Part shown: positions 1 through 15,624 of the stretch, in pieces
How the letters are laid out: each line of letters starts with the position of its first letter
Numbering within the stretch: the first letter of the stretch is position 1
Origin: an uncultured Gemmatimonadaceae bacterium
GTDB taxonomy: Bacteria > Gemmatimonadota > Gemmatimonadetes > Gemmatimonadales > Gemmatimonadaceae
Length of the DNA stretch: 64,000 nucleotides
Reading direction: 5' to 3'
NCBI GenBank assembly: GCA_963843845.1
Contig: CAWJMB010000002.1
Span: 2,080,001 to 2,144,000 of the forward strand
Position numbers and translations under genes: made by a program
The notes under the pieces: model-generated
Told to the model about the DNA's origin: nothing
The model's input: only the letters and a program-made list of their open reading frames with translations
The model's database searches: none

Positions 1-926
1 TCGGCGAGCGGAAACGAGATGCCCTGGAAGTTCACGATCGCCTGGCCGAACTGCTTGCGCTCGGTACTGTAGCGCAGCGCCGCCTCGAACGCGCCTTCGG
101 CGAGGCCCAGCGAGAGTGCCGCGATGCCGATGCGGCCCGCGTCGAGCGTGCGCATGAAGTTGATGAAGCCGAGCCCTTCCTGCCCGAGCAGGTTCTCGGC
201 GGGCACTTCGACATCCTCGAAGATCAGCTCCGACGTATCGGACGCCCGCCAGCCGAGCTTGTCCTCCTTCTTCCCGGCGCGAAACCCGGGGAGCGGCGTG
301 AACGACTCATCGTGGCCGATGCCGACGCGGCGCGCAGCCTCCAGGTCGCACGTCTCCTTCGTCAGGATGAACGAGCTGATGCCACGCGTGCCGGCCGACG
401 GGTCGGTGACCGCGGTGACGACGAAGACCTCGCCGACGCTGCCGTGCGTGATGAAGCGCTTCGACCCGTTCAGCACGTAGTGGCCGTTCTTGCGCACGGC
501 CCTCGTGCGCGTCCCGCCGGCGTCGCTGCCCGCCTCCGGCTCCGTCAGTCCGAAGCCGCCCAGCACCTTGCCCGTCGCGAGCGGCGGCACATAGCGGCGG
601 CGCTGCTCGTCGGTTCCGAAGTAGACGATGGGCGAGGTGCCTAGCGTCGTGTGTGCGGAGATCGTGATCGAGTGCGAGGCATCGACCTTGGCCATCTCGT
701 AGATGGCCATGATGTAGCTCGTGAGGTCGAAGCCGGCGCCGCCGAGCTCCTCCGACCACGGAATGCCGAGCAGGCCGAGCTCGCCCATGCGTCGGACGTT
801 CTCCCAGGGAAACGTCGCGGCGTCGTCGTGTGCGGCGGCGACGGGCGCGACCTCGCTCTGCGCGAAGCCGCGCACGAGGTCACGCACCGCGAGATTCTGC
901 TCGTTGAAATAGAGGCTGTCGTCCAT
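1..926 (-). CDS. Acyl-CoA dehydrogenase (3' end runs off the window)
   Basis: Manual translation, not in the ORF track: MDDSLYFNEQNLAVRDLVRGFA...GFGLTEPEAGSDA...LNGSKRFITHG...KLGWRASDTSELIFEDV...LDAGRIGIAA...RKQFGQAI, all classic ACAD motifs. Confidence 0.93.
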   Translation of the reverse strand, partial: MDDSLYFNEQNLAVRDLVRGFAQSEVAPVAAAHDDAATFPWENVRRMGELGLLGIPWSEELGGAGFDLTSYIMAIYEMAKVDASHSITISAHTTLGTSPIVYFGTDEQRRRYVPPLATGKVLGGFGLTEPEAGSDAGGTRTRAVRKNGHYVLNGSKRFITHGSVGEVFVVTAVTDPSAGTRGISSFILTKETCDLEAARRVGIGHDESFTPLPGFRAGKKEDKLGWRASDTSELIFEDVEVPAENLLGQEGLGFINFMRTLDAGRIGIAALSLGLAEGAFEAALRYSTERKQFGQAIVNFQGISFPLA

Positions 927-959
927 GACGTCCAAGAAGAGTGAAGCGAGTCAGACGGC

Positions 960-3071
<2,112 letters not shown>

Positions 3072-3179
3072 GCCGCACACGCTACCCCGAGCGAACGAGC
3101 GTTCGTCACCATTCGGACGCGCGGCGCGCCAATGCGACGCGCCACCCCAGCGTGCGACGAGCGTAGCTGCGGCGCCACG

Positions 3180-5682
3180 TCAGACGGCGCGCGCGAAGTG
3201 CCCGCGAGTGAACTGCTGGCGCACCGCGGTGCGCACGACGCGTACGTCCGGTCGCCGCCCCGACGCGAGCGCGTCGAGCGCGGCGCGGAGCCCGGCCACG
3301 ACGTCGCGCACCGGGTCGCCGGCGACGTTGAACACCGCGTGATAGCCGCGAATGCCCGCGCGCCAGAGCGGAGCGAGGAACTCCGACCCGTCCACGGGCC
3401 GGGAGTGCAGCAGGCGGTTGCGGCACGCGTAGTCGGTCGCGACGGGAAACGTGTACCCAGCCGGATCGGTCAGCTCGACGTTCGTGTGCTTCTGCACACA
3501 CAGATCGCGGCAGGTCGTCGCGACCCGCTCGTACGCCGCCGAGAGCACGCAGTGTTCGATCGTCATGCCTTCCGGCCGGCCGTAGACGAAGGTGTCGAAC
3601 CCGACTCCACCCCACGGCGCGACGACCTGCGCGATCTCGTCCATGGTCAGCTCGACCGACGTCGTGACCCGGCGCGCGCCGAGTCGGAACAGCTCGGCGG
3701 CGGTGTGCTGGTTGAAGCAATTCAGCGCGTAGTCCGCGATGACGTCTCGACCGTCCCCCGACAGTTCGGCGACGAGGCCGAGGTGGCCCGACAGCAGCGA
3801 CGTGCCCAACGCGAGCCACTTGTCGAGCTGGCGACGATCCTCCGGCCGCGCGATCGTCGGCGTGCGTATCCGCAGCGTGACGCCCCGCGCGGCCAGGTCC
3901 GCGTGGAGCGCGCGAACGCGAGCGACCGGCGGCATCGGATGGCGCAGGAACGGATCGAACACGATCTCGGTCGCGCCGCCGTCGGCCGCCGCTCGCGCGT
4001 CGTCCACGGTGTAGACGACGGCCCGGAGGGCGAACGTGTCGCCGGGGCCGACGGCGCTGGCGGTCGACGCGCTCGCGCCCACGTCAGCGACGGCGACCTG
4101 CACCTGCGCGGCACGTTCGGCGAGCGTCGCCTGGCGGGCCCAGTCGCGGCGCGTCAGCAACTCGTCGGTCGCGTCGGTGCGCAGCCGATTCAGCTCGCTC
4201 ACCGGCAGGAACAACCCGGGCGCGAGGCCGCGCTCGTCGACCGCCCCCAACGCGAATGGCGTCTCGCCGAGCCGGCCGAGCTGCTCCCGGATCTGCGCCG
4301 TCTCGAGGGCACGCCTCGTCGCGGGGGCGAGCGTGACCTCGCTGCGCACCGTCACCTCATCGTCGCCCGCGCGAACCACGGCCTTGAGCGGACTCCCGGC
4401 GCTGCCGAAGAGGCGGACGTCGAGACGCGTCTTCCGCTGTCGCGCCGCGAGCGGCAGCGCGCCGTAGCTCGCGCGGGCGCGCTCGATCAGCGCGGCGTGC
4501 GACGTCCGCAGCACGCGCCACCCCGCGGGTACCTGCACCGACGTCACGATCGCCTGCCGCACGACTCCGCGCCGCTCGGCGACCGTGCGCACGTCGCCGA
4601 CCGCGAACCCGGTGCTCGTCCCCGCGGTGCCGAACGGCGGCTCGAAGCCGAGCCCATCGCCGACCGCGACCGGCGTCGTCAGCTCCACGATCAGCTCGCG
4701 CCCTTCGCGACCGACCACGGCGCCGAGCGACACACCGAGCTTGTCTGGCTGGTCGCGCGTGATGTAGTCGCGGCCCGAGCGACCGCCGTACATCCCGCCG
4801 GTGAAGCCGCGGCTGAAGATCTGCACGAGCGGCTCGACGTCGCTCGGCGTCGGCGCCACCCATTCCCCGCGCCCGAGCTGGTCGAGCCAGGTGCGATAGG
4901 ACTTCGTCACCGTCGCGACGTACTCCGGCTTCTTCTTGCGCCCTTCGACCTTGAGGCAGCCGACACCCAACTCGGCGAGCGCCGGCACGTGGTCGTGCGC
5001 GCCGAGGTCCTTCGCCGAGATCAGATAGCCGCGATCGAGCTCGACGCCGGTGGACGCATCGGCGAGCACGTAGTCTTTCCGACAGCTCTGCGCGCACGAA
5101 CCCCGGTTCGCGGACCGTTCCGAGATCATTCCGGACATGTAGCACTGCCCGGAGTACGAGATGCACAGCGCGCCGTGGACGAACGTCTCGAGCCCGAGGT
5201 CCGGCAGGGCGTCGCGGATAGCGCGCACGTCGCCCAACGTGTTCTCGCGCGCGAGCACGACGCGCTCGACGCCGAGCGCCTGCATGACGCGCGCGCCGCT
5301 CACGTCGTGCACCGTCATCTGCGTCGACCCGTGGATCTCGAGGTCGCGGGTAGACGCGCTGGATGAGCCTCACGACGCCGACATCCTGTACGATCGCCGC
5401 GTCGATGCCGCGATCGACGCACTCGCCCAGATAGCGGAGCGCGTCCTCCAGCTCGTGCGGCTTGATCAGGACGTTGAACGTCAGATAGACGCGGACGCCG
5501 TGGGCGTGCGCCGTCGCGCACGCCTGCTCCAGCTCGTCGAGCGAGAGCTGCGCCCCGTCGTCGCGCGCGTTGAACTGCGACGCGCCGAGGTACACGGCGT
5601 TCGCGCCGTTCGCGACAGCGGCGCGAACGGCATCGAGCGAACCCGCCGGGGCGAGCAATTCAGGGACTCGGCGCTGCGACAT
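3180..5682 (-). CDS. U32 peptidase-family protein (RlhA/TrhP-like Fe-S RNA hydroxylation protein, long two-domain form); one frameshift near 5340
   Basis: PELLAPAGS...GANAVYLG N-terminus, then ETFVHGALCISYSGQC...SANRGSCAQSCR and LKVEGRKK; a second U32-like domain at the C-terminus. Confidence 0.85.
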
Positions 5683-5691
5683 AAGCCCTGT

Positions 5692-5720
5692 AACATAAAC
5701 GACTTGCGCGCTTCGTTGAA
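5692..5720 (-). promoter_or_regulatory. Putative sigma70 promoter of the U32 gene
   Basis: TTCAAC-N17-TATGTT on the minus strand, 9 nt before ATG 5682, in a locally AT-rich patch. Confidence 0.5.
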
Positions 5721-5750
5721 GCGACGCCGCGGCGCCGATCGCGTTCGCGC

Positions 5751-5921
5751 TCAGTCGCCGCCGGGACGCGGGCCGCGGGGAACGAAGCGCATCAACACGG
5801 CGGCCGCCAGCAGGCCGATCGCCACGTAGCGCGTCCAGTCGAGGCCGGTCGCCATGCCGACGCCGAACACCACGATGGCCGCGAACAGCAGCCCGAGCTT
5901 GATGCGCGTCTTCTCGTCCAC
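5751..5921 (-). CDS. Small (56 aa) two-TM membrane protein, below the ORF-track cutoff
   Basis: GTG..TGA frame MDEKTRIKLGLLFAAIVVFGVGMATGLDWTRYVAIGLLAAAVLMRFVPRGPRPGGD; strong GC3 codon bias; starts 7 nt after the upstream stop. Confidence 0.7.
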   Translation of the reverse strand: MDEKTRIKLGLLFAAIVVFGVGMATGLDWTRYVAIGLLAAAVLMRFVPRGPRPGGD

Positions 5922-5928
5922 GGCCGGC

Positions 5929-6303
5929 TCAGGTGGCGGTCGGAAGCCCGAGTGCGCGCGCCTCGTCGGCCGGGACGTCGAGTACCATCCGAAGGAGCGC
6001 GGTCGAATAGACCTTGCCCTGTGCGTCCGTCTTCAGCGAGAGCGTGCCTCCGCCGTCGAGCGCGCCGTGGAGCAGGAAGTTCAGGGCGTGCAGGTTCGGC
6101 AGTTCGAAGCGGTCGACGCCGCCGTCGATGACGCCTCGAAAGTGCTCGGCCACGCGCGCGAGGCTCAGCTCGCGCGCGAGGAGCGGGTACCATTCCGGCT
6201 TGAGCGCGATGACACCGACGTTCGCCGTGTCGCCCTTGTCGCCGGAACGAGCGTGCGCGATGTCGACGAGGCGCACGCGGACTGTGGTCTTGGACTCGCT
6301 CAC
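5929..6303 (-). CDS. AtuA-related small protein (stand-alone C-terminal domain of AtuA)
   Basis: [19 protein letters not shown]...[34 protein letters not shown] overlap with the upstream stop. Confidence 0.82.
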   Translation of the reverse strand: MSESKTTVRVRLVDIAHARSGDKGDTANVGVIALKPEWYPLLARELSLARVAEHFRGVIDGGVDRFELPNLHALNFLLHGALDGGGTLSLKTDAQGKVYSTALLRMVLDVPADEARALGLPTAT

Positions 6304-7680
6304 GAGCGCACCTCCACGGACGTCTGCACGACGGTCTTGTCGATCAGCGCCGGCCAGTACGCGACGATCTCTTCGACCTTGGGCCGTCCGCCGGCGAAGC
6401 CGGTCACGCTCGGGGGCCCGTTCAGCACGAGCGGCGCGATCTCCCGAGTGAACCGCTCGATCGACGCGCGATCCGATCCGCGCACGCCGACGCGCAGTTG
6501 GACTTCCGGCAGGTCGTTCGGCACCGAGCCGGCCAGCGCACCATGGGTCGCGGAGGCGCCGACGAACTCGGTCAGGAGCTGGTCGAACCGAAGGCCGAGC
6601 CGGTCGAGCCGCTCGCGCAACACCCGATCGGCCAGCCTGCGCCTTCTCCAGCGCGTCCGGCCACGAATACACGAGCGTTCCCACCGCCTTGTAGCCGGCC
6701 CGGTAGGCGATCGACACCTTGAGCTTGTCGGTCGCCGGCCGCCCTTCGATGCCGAACACGCGCACCCGATTCGCACCGTCCTGCTCGAGGCGAATCGACG
6801 TGAAGTCGGCGACGACGTCGGGGGTGATGTATGCGTGCGGGTCGCCCATCTCGTAGACGAGCTGCTCGCTCACGCTCGGCACGTCGACGCGGCCGCCCGT
6901 GTTCGGATGCTTGGTGATGGTGAACGTGCCGTCGGCGCGCGCCTCAGCGATCGGATACCCGACGTTGCCCAGGTCCGGGATCGAGCGCCAGTCGTAGAGG
7001 CAGTTGCCGCCCGAGCACTGCGCGCCGCATTCCAGGATGTGGCCGGCGATGATCCCCGCAGCGAGGTGGTTCCAATCTTCGGCGCCCCATCCGAATTCGT
7101 ACCGCAGCGGCGCCATCGTGAGCGCCGTGTCCGTCGAGCGCCCCGTGATGACGATGTGCGCGCCCTGGGCCAACGCTTCGACGATCGGCGTCGACCCGAT
7201 GTACGCGTTGGCGGAGAGCACGCGATCGCGCACGGTCGAGAGTGGCTCGCCCGTCTCCATGTTCGAGAGCGCGTGGCCCGCCTCGATGAGCTCATCGAGG
7301 CGCGGGAGCAGATCGTCGCCGGTCACCACACCGACCTTCACCTTGCCGCGCGCGCCGTGGCGATCCGCGACGTCGAGGATGGCGTCGGCGCAGGCTGGCG
7401 GGTTCACTCCGCCCGCGTTCGCGATGACGCGCACGCCGCGTTCGACGACCGCCGGCAGCACGCTCTCGATGGCGCCGACGAAGTCGCGCGCGTAGCCCAT
7501 CCGCGGGTCGCGTTCCTTCTGCTTCTGCAGAATGGACATCGTGACCTCGGCGAGATAATCGAGCATCAGGTAGTCGACCGGGCCGCCTTCGACCTGCTGG
7601 CGTGGCGCGTCGAGCGAGTCGCCCCAGAACCCCTGGCCGCTCGCGACGCGCACCACGCGTTCGCTGCTGTGTGCTGTCAC
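6300..7680 (-). CDS. Acyclic terpene utilization AtuA family protein (DUF1446); one frameshift near 6635
   Basis: [67 protein letters not shown]-terminus [11 protein letters not shown]...YWPALI in the next frame. Confidence 0.88.
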
Positions 7681-7690
7681 GTCTGTGTGT

Positions 7691-9306
7691 TCAAAGGGTT
7701 GGCGGCAGCACGAACGCGCCGAGGTGCGGACCGGGATTCTGGGCGGCGGCACGGAGCGCCGTCGCCAGCACGCGCCGCGTTTCCTCAGGGTGCACGATCG
7801 CGTCGACATAGCCGCGCGCGGCGGCGTACTTCGCGTCGAGCTGATGTTCGTAGTCGGCCCGCATCTCGTCGACCGAGTGCGCGACGTCGTCGGGGAGCGG
7901 CGTGCCGGCTCGACGCGCCTTGTCGATCGCCGGGCCGTGCACGGCGCCGACCGCGCTCTCTCCCTCCATCACCCCCATGCGGCCGGTCGGCCACGAGAAG
8001 ATGAAATCGGGGTCGAAGCCCTGACCGGCCATGGCGTAGTAGCCGGCGCCGGAGGCGTGGTTCACGGTCAGCACCACTTTCGGCACGCGCGCCGTCGCCA
8101 TCGCTTCGACGAAGCGCGCCCCCGCTCGGATGATCCCTTCGTGCTCGGCGTCCGGCCCGACCATGAAGCCGGACACGTCCTGCACGAACAGCAGCGGGAT
8201 GCGCTGCCGGTCGCACCGCTCGATGAAGTAGGCGACCTTGTCGGCGCTCTCGGCGTAGACGATCCCGCCGAAGCGCGGGCGCTCGCCGGCGCGCCCTTTC
8301 ACGAGCCCACGTTGGTTCGCGATGATGCCCACCGGGGTCCCGGCGATCCGCGCGTCGGCACAGATCATCTCCTTCGCGAGGTCGCCCTGGAACTCGTCGA
8401 GATGGCCGGCGTGCCCGGAGCTCGGTGACGGGTCGACGATCGCGCGGAGCACGGTGTGCATGTCGTACGACATGCGGTGATCTGCGGGGAGCAGCTCGTA
8501 GAGCGCGTCGCCATCGTCGTCCGCCATCGGCTCGTGCGGCGTCTGCGGCGGCAGCCGGTCGACCAGCTCGCGCAGCTTCGCGAGGCACGCCTCGTCGTCG
8601 TCGACCGCGTAGTGCGCCACGCCGCTGATCGCGGTGTGGGTCGTCGCGCCGCCTAACGTTTCGTTGTCGATCGTCTGCCCCGTCGCGCCCTTCACGAGAT
8701 TCGCGCCGCCGAGTCCCATGAACGACGTCCCCTTGACCATCAGGATCACGTCGGAGAGCGCCGGCAGGTACGCGCCGCCGGCGATGCACGGCCCCATGAC
8801 CGCCGCGAGTTGCGGCACGCGCAGGTAGCGCCGCATGATCGAGTTGTAGTAGAAGATCCGCGCCGCGCCATACTGCCCGGGGAACACGCCCCCCTGGTAC
8901 GGCAGGTTCACGCCCGCGGAGTCGACGAGGTAGATGATCGGGATGCGGCAGCGCATCGCGATCTCCTGCGCACGAAGGATCTTCTTGATCGTCTCGGGCC
9001 ACCACGACCCTGCCTTGACGGTCGCGTCGTTCGCGACGACGACGACGTCGCGGCCGTGCACGCGCGCGAGTCCGGTGACCACGCCCGCACCCGGCGCCTG
9101 CCCGTCGTACTGGTCGTACGCGACGAAGAGCCCGATCTCGATGAACGGCGCGTCTGGGTCACGCAGTCGTTCGACGCGCTCGCGCGCCGTGAGCTTTCCT
9201 TGCTTGTGCTGCCGATCGATCTTGTCCGGCCCTCCGCCCGCGCGCAGCCGTTCTTCGAGCTGGCGCACCTCCTCGCTCAGCGTACGGAGGCGCGTCCCCT
9301 GTGCAT

Positions 9307-9310
<4 letters not shown>
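7691..9310 (-). CDS. Acyl-CoA carboxylase carboxyltransferase (beta) subunit, MCC/geranyl-CoA carboxylase beta-like
   Basis: [73 protein letters not shown]-coupled to the upstream gene. Confidence 0.9.
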
Positions 9311-9723
<413 letters not shown>

Positions 9724-9749
9724 TTCGAGCTGATCTCCTAGGGGGCACG

Positions 9750-10994
9750 GTGGCGAAGACACGAAAGCTACCCGGGCGTCGGGAACACGAGCAACCCGGC
9801 GCGGCACCTTCGCGTCATGCGTCGAACGCGGTCGGTCGACTCATCGCTGCGCTCGCGTCGCGGCAGCCGCTCGCCGACGACATGCTCGCGCTCGTGACCC
9901 GCGTCGATGACGCAGGCTTCCGCGACGCCGTCCTCGCGACGGCGCGTGCGTTGCGCCTGCTCGGCCTCGTCCTCGAGCGACTGACGACGCCCGAGCTACA
10001 GCGTGCCGTCGATCCGGCGACGCTCGCGCTCCTCACGGCAGCGCGACGTATCTGGCGTGCGCACGCGGCGGCACAGGATCTCGAGCTCGACCGGGTGTTG
10101 CAGGCGTGCGCGCGCCGGGGCATCGCCCCGATGCTGCTGAAGGGGGCTGCGCTGCGCCGAGCGTACTACCGGCCGTCGTGCGCGAGGGCGATGGGCGACG
10201 TGGACCTCCTCGTGCCGGCGATGCGCGTCGGCGACGCGATCGCCGCGCTCGCGGACGCGGGGTACGACGTCCCGGACGCGTACGAAACGTCCGCGTATTC
10301 GCAGTTCCACTTCCACTACCGGCTCGTGCATCCGCGCGGCCACGTCGTCGAGCTCCACTGGGCGCTCACGGAGCCGGACGCGCCGTACCGACTCGACGCG
10401 GCAGCGTTTCTTCGCCACGCGCGAACGCGCGCGGATGCGCGCGCCACGGCGGCTTGCGTTGCCGCGCCCGAAGATCTCGTGCTTCATCTCACGGCCCAGC
10501 ACGCAGCCGACCCGATCCGCGCGCTCGCGCGCGCCGTCGACATCGATCGCATTGCGCACGCCGAGCCGGCGATGGACTGGGACCGGGTGGCGCACGACGC
10601 CCGGGCGGGCGGCATGACGACGGCGCTGTGGACGCTGCTGACGCTCGCGCACGAGTTGCTCGACGCCCCCGTGCCGGTCACGACGCTCCATCGCGCCCGG
10701 CCGAGCGTCGCGGTCCGCGCACACCTGCAGCTACTGCGGCTCGCGCCTCGCGCCGCCGGGGCGACGACGTCGAGCGAACGCGAGCTCCGGCTGCTCCAGC
10801 TGTGGAGCCTGCTCGGCGACCATCCGGTGCGGGTCGTGGTCGGATGGCTCGTCGTGCAGGGCTTCATGGGTCCGCACGAACGCGTGACGAATGCCGCCCG
10901 GTCGCGCTGGCACCGCTGGGGGCTCGGTGCGCGCGATCTGCTCGGACTCGCGCGCGCGCAGGCCGGGGTCTACGGCTCGACGGTCGCGCTCTGA
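9750..10994 (+). CDS. Nucleotidyltransferase family protein (NTP_transf_5-like); start uncertain (alternative ATG 9882)
   Basis: [12 protein letters not shown]...[35 protein letters not shown]. Confidence 0.8.
   Translation: MAKTRKLPGRREHEQPGAAPSRHASNAVGRLIAALASRQPLADDMLALVTRVDDAGFRDAVLATARALRLLGLVLERLTTPELQRAVDPATLALLTAARRIWRAHAAAQDLELDRVLQACARRGIAPMLLKGAALRRAYYRPSCARAMGDVDLLVPAMRVGDAIAALADAGYDVPDAYETSAYSQFHFHYRLVHPRGHVVELHWALTEPDAPYRLDAAAFLRHARTRADARATAACVAAPEDLVLHLTAQHAADPIRALARAVDIDRIAHAEPAMDWDRVAHDARAGGMTTALWTLLTLAHELLDAPVPVTTLHRARPSVAVRAHLQLLRLAPRAAGATTSSERELRLLQLWSLLGDHPVRVVVGWLVVQGFMGPHERVTNAARSRWHRWGLGARDLLGLARAQAGVYGSTVAL
9765..9794 (-). promoter_or_regulatory. Putative promoter for the small mutase subunit-carboxyltransferase-atuA operon
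   Basis: TTGCTC-N18-TAGCTT on the minus strand, about 40 nt upstream of ATG 9723. Confidence 0.4.
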
Positions 10995-11016
10995 CGCCGG
11001 GACGCGCGGGCGGCGA

Positions 11017-11780
11017 TCACTGCCGCCGCGCGACGAGAAGCATCTCGCTCGACGTTCGGCGGAGCGGCCGGTCGCGCCATCCATCGAACGCCTGCTCGAC
11101 GATCAGCCCGGCATCCGCGCACAGCTCCGCGATCCGGGTCGCGGTGTACAGCCGGATGCGGTGTTCGCGCTCGCCGCGCGCCGCCGGCCCCTCCCACGTG
11201 GTGCGGATCGTCATCACCCCGGAGAGCGGATCGAACGACCGCTCGTGGCCGATCATCGTGCCGTCGTCGCTCCGCCACCAGTCGCGGTCGAGAAACTTCG
11301 CCATGACGCCGTCGCGGCTTCCGCCGTGCCAGACGAGGACACCGTCAGGTTTCAGGACACGCGCGAACTCGGCGATCACGCGCCGGTCGTCGGCGGGTTC
11401 GAGGAAGAAGCCGAACGAGGTGAACAGATTCGCGACGAGATCGAACCGCCCCGTCCAACGCGCGGGCAGCTTCCGCATGTCCCCGCGCGTGTAGCGCAGC
11501 GAGCGCGACGTCCCCGCCGCCGTCGCGACGCCGAGCAGGTCGGCCGAATAGTCGAGCGCGTCGACGTCGAAGCCGGCCTCGGCGAGCAGCCGCGCGTGGC
11601 GCCCCTGCCCGCACGGGCAGTCGAGGACACGCGCGCCCGCGGGAAGGCCGACGACGTCGAGCAACCGCGAAACTTCCTGCCGATCGCGCTCGGGCGTGAA
11701 GAGGGGCTCGTACTCGCGCAGGTACTGGGCGTCGAAGTAGCCGCCCCACCATTCCGAGGTCTTCGTCTCGGACGTCCTCG

Positions 11781-11784
<4 letters not shown>
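11017..11784 (-). CDS. Class I SAM-dependent methyltransferase (frame open to a CTG at 11784; first canonical start is TTG 11664)
   Basis: [12 protein letters not shown] motif I, GDMRKLP, FTSFGFF, RVLKPDG; protein-like N-terminal [15 protein letters not shown] upstream of the TTG. Confidence 0.88.
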
Positions 11785-13466
<1,682 letters not shown>

Positions 13467-13480
13467 GGAATCTCTCGGTC

Positions 13481-14632
13481 TCAGGTGGCTTCGTTCGTTC
13501 CTGCGATCAGCGCGCCGCTGCGCGCGAGCAGCGCGTCGGCGACGCCGAACGGCGTCTCGTGTCCGGACTCCATCGCGCCGAGCCGGTCGTCGACGAACGC
13601 GTTCGACGCGGCGTCGCGCCACAACCGGCTCCGCACGCGCTGCTCGACGACCTCGACGACCCGCTCGCGCAGCCGCGCACGGCGCCTCGCCTGCAGCTCG
13701 CCGCTCTCTGCAAGATAGCCCGCGTGCCGGTCGAGCGCCGTCAGCAGCTCGTCGAGCCCTTCCCCTTTCGCCGCAACGGTTTGCAGAACGGGTGGCGTCC
13801 AGCGGTCGGCGTGTGCGTCGGCGGCCGCGGCTCGTGCGGCGCGGGCAGGGTTCATCGCCTGCCGGGTCGCTTCGCGGTCCTCCGCCGAGAGCGTCTTGAG
13901 ATCGATGCCGTGGTGCGCCGGGACGTTCCGCAGCGCGTCCCCGCCCCGGAGTCCGAGCATCAGCTCGACGTCGTTCCGCATCCGGTCGGCGCCCGGGCGG
14001 TCCGCCTTGTTCACGACGAACACGTCGGCGATCTCCATGACGCCGGCCTTCAGCGTCTGGATGGCGTCGCCCCCCTCCGGCACGAGCACGACGAGCGTCG
14101 TATCCGCGGCGCGGGCGACGTCGAGCTCGCTCTGCCCGACGCCGACCGTCTCGAGGAGGATCACGTCGACCCCGAACGCGTCGAGGACGTCGCACACCTC
14201 GCGCGTCGCCGACGCGAGGCCGCCGAGGGAGCCGCGCGTGGCCATGGAGCGGATGTACACCCCCGGATCGAGGGCGACCGACTCCATGCGGATGCGGTCC
14301 CCGAGCAGGGCACCGCCGGTGAACGGCGACGTCGGATCGACGGCGACGATGCCGACCGTCTTGCCGCTCGCGCGCAAGGCCGTCGTCAGGCCGGTCGTGA
14401 TCGTGCTCTTTCCGGCGCCAGGCGGTCCGGTGATGCCCACACGCCGCGCCCGTCCCAAGGACGGGTGCAGCTCGGCGAGCAGCCGGTCGAACCCGGGACG
14501 GTGGTTCTCGACGACGCTGACGGCACGCGCGAGCGCCGGCATCCTGCCGCCTCGGAAATCGTGGAGGAGACGCGCGATGGGATCCCGCGTCGAGGGCGCC
14601 GCGGGCGCCGAGGGCTCGGACGTGAGGGTCAT
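13481..14632 (-). CDS. meaB: Acyl-CoA mutase-associated GTPase chaperone MeaB/ArgK
   Basis: [56 protein letters not shown]. Confidence 0.93.
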   Translation of the reverse strand: MTLTSEPSAPAAPSTRDPIARLLHDFRGGRMPALARAVSVVENHRPGFDRLLAELHPSLGRARRVGITGPPGAGKSTITTGLTTALRASGKTVGIVAVDPTSPFTGGALLGDRIRMESVALDPGVYIRSMATRGSLGGLASATREVCDVLDAFGVDVILLETVGVGQSELDVARAADTTLVVLVPEGGDAIQTLKAGVMEIADVFVVNKADRPGADRMRNDVELMLGLRGGDALRNVPAHHGIDLKTLSAEDREATRQAMNPARAARAAAADAHADRWTPPVLQTVAAKGEGLDELLTALDRHAGYLAESGELQARRRARLRERVVEVVEQRVRSRLWRDAASNAFVDDRLGAMESGHETPFGVADALLARSGALIAGTNEAT

Positions 14633-15624
14633 GGCAGCATCGGTCGCGCACCGGCGTCGGGCTCGTCGTGCTCGTCGCGGATGTCGCCGACCAGCTCCTC
14701 GAGCAGATCTTCCAGCGTCACCACCCCGAGGGTGGCGCCGTGGGTCTCGCCGTCGCTCGGCGGTGCACTGATGACGGCGAGGTGGCGGCGTGTGCGGAGC
14801 ATGGTGAACAGCAATTCGTTGCAGGGTGTCTCGGGGCGGCTCCGTGCGACCGAGCGGATCGGCGGCCAGCGTTCGCCGCTCGACTTCAGCACGTCGAACG
14901 CGTGCACGACGCCGACCACGTCGTCGAGCGAGCCGCGATAGACGGGCACCCGGCTGTACTTCGAGGCCGCGATATGGGCTGCCACGGCGAGCGGGGAGAG
15001 CCCCTCGTCGACAGCGAACAGCTCCGCGCGGGGCGTCATGACCGATGCCGCCGTCTTCTCGCCGAACTGCACGACGCCGGTGATGATCGCGATCTCCTCC
15101 GACTGGCCGACGCCCTCGCGCGCTCCCTCCCGCAGCAGCTCTTCGATGTCGCTCCGCGCCTCCTCGGCAGCCGGTCGTGGGCCGCGCGCCGCGAACGGCC
15201 GCGCGAGCATCGCGCCCACCCGGCGGAACGGAGCCGCGACGACGTCGATCGCGCGCAGCGGGCGCACGAGGATCGGCACCAGCCGCACCGGCCACCGCCG
15301 CGCGATCGCCCGCGGCACGAGCTGGCCGAGGAGCACGATCGCGAGGGCGACGACCACCGCGCGCCACCACACGTCCCGCGCCGCGGACTCTCCGGCGCCC
15401 ACCGCGGTCCCGGCGAGGAAGACGGCCAGGGCGATCCCGGTGCCGGCGGACACGAGGAGCCGCTGCGGTCGCTCGAGGTAGAGCTCCGCGAGCGACGCGC
15501 CGGCGAGCCGGCGCTCCACCCAGTGGCGAAGCCAGATGCGGCTGACCGACCGCACGGCGATACTCGCCGACGTGAGCACGGCGACCACGAGGGCAGCGCT
15601 GAGCGCGATGAGCGTCAGTCTCAT
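14629..15624 (-). CDS. CNNM/CBS-domain (hemolysin/CorC-like) membrane protein, no C-terminal CorC domain
   Basis: N-terminal TM segments, [42 protein letters not shown]. Confidence 0.85.
   Translation of the reverse strand: MRLTLIALSAALVVAVLTSASIAVRSVSRIWLRHWVERRLAGASLAELYLERPQRLLVSAGTGIALAVFLAGTAVGAGESAARDVWWRAVVVALAIVLLGQLVPRAIARRWPVRLVPILVRPLRAIDVVAAPFRRVGAMLARPFAARGPRPAAEEARSDIEELLREGAREGVGQSEEIAIITGVVQFGEKTAASVMTPRAELFAVDEGLSPLAVAAHIAASKYSRVPVYRGSLDDVVGVVHAFDVLKSSGERWPPIRSVARSRPETPCNELLFTMLRTRRHLAVISAPPSDGETHGATLGVVTLEDLLEELVGDIRDEHDEPDAGARPMLP

Noticed and set aside
5929..7809. Apparent single fused 626-aa AtuA ORF
   Set aside because: Artefact of an indel near 6635. The corrected N-terminal gene stops at 6300 with a GTGA overlap onto a separate small gene.
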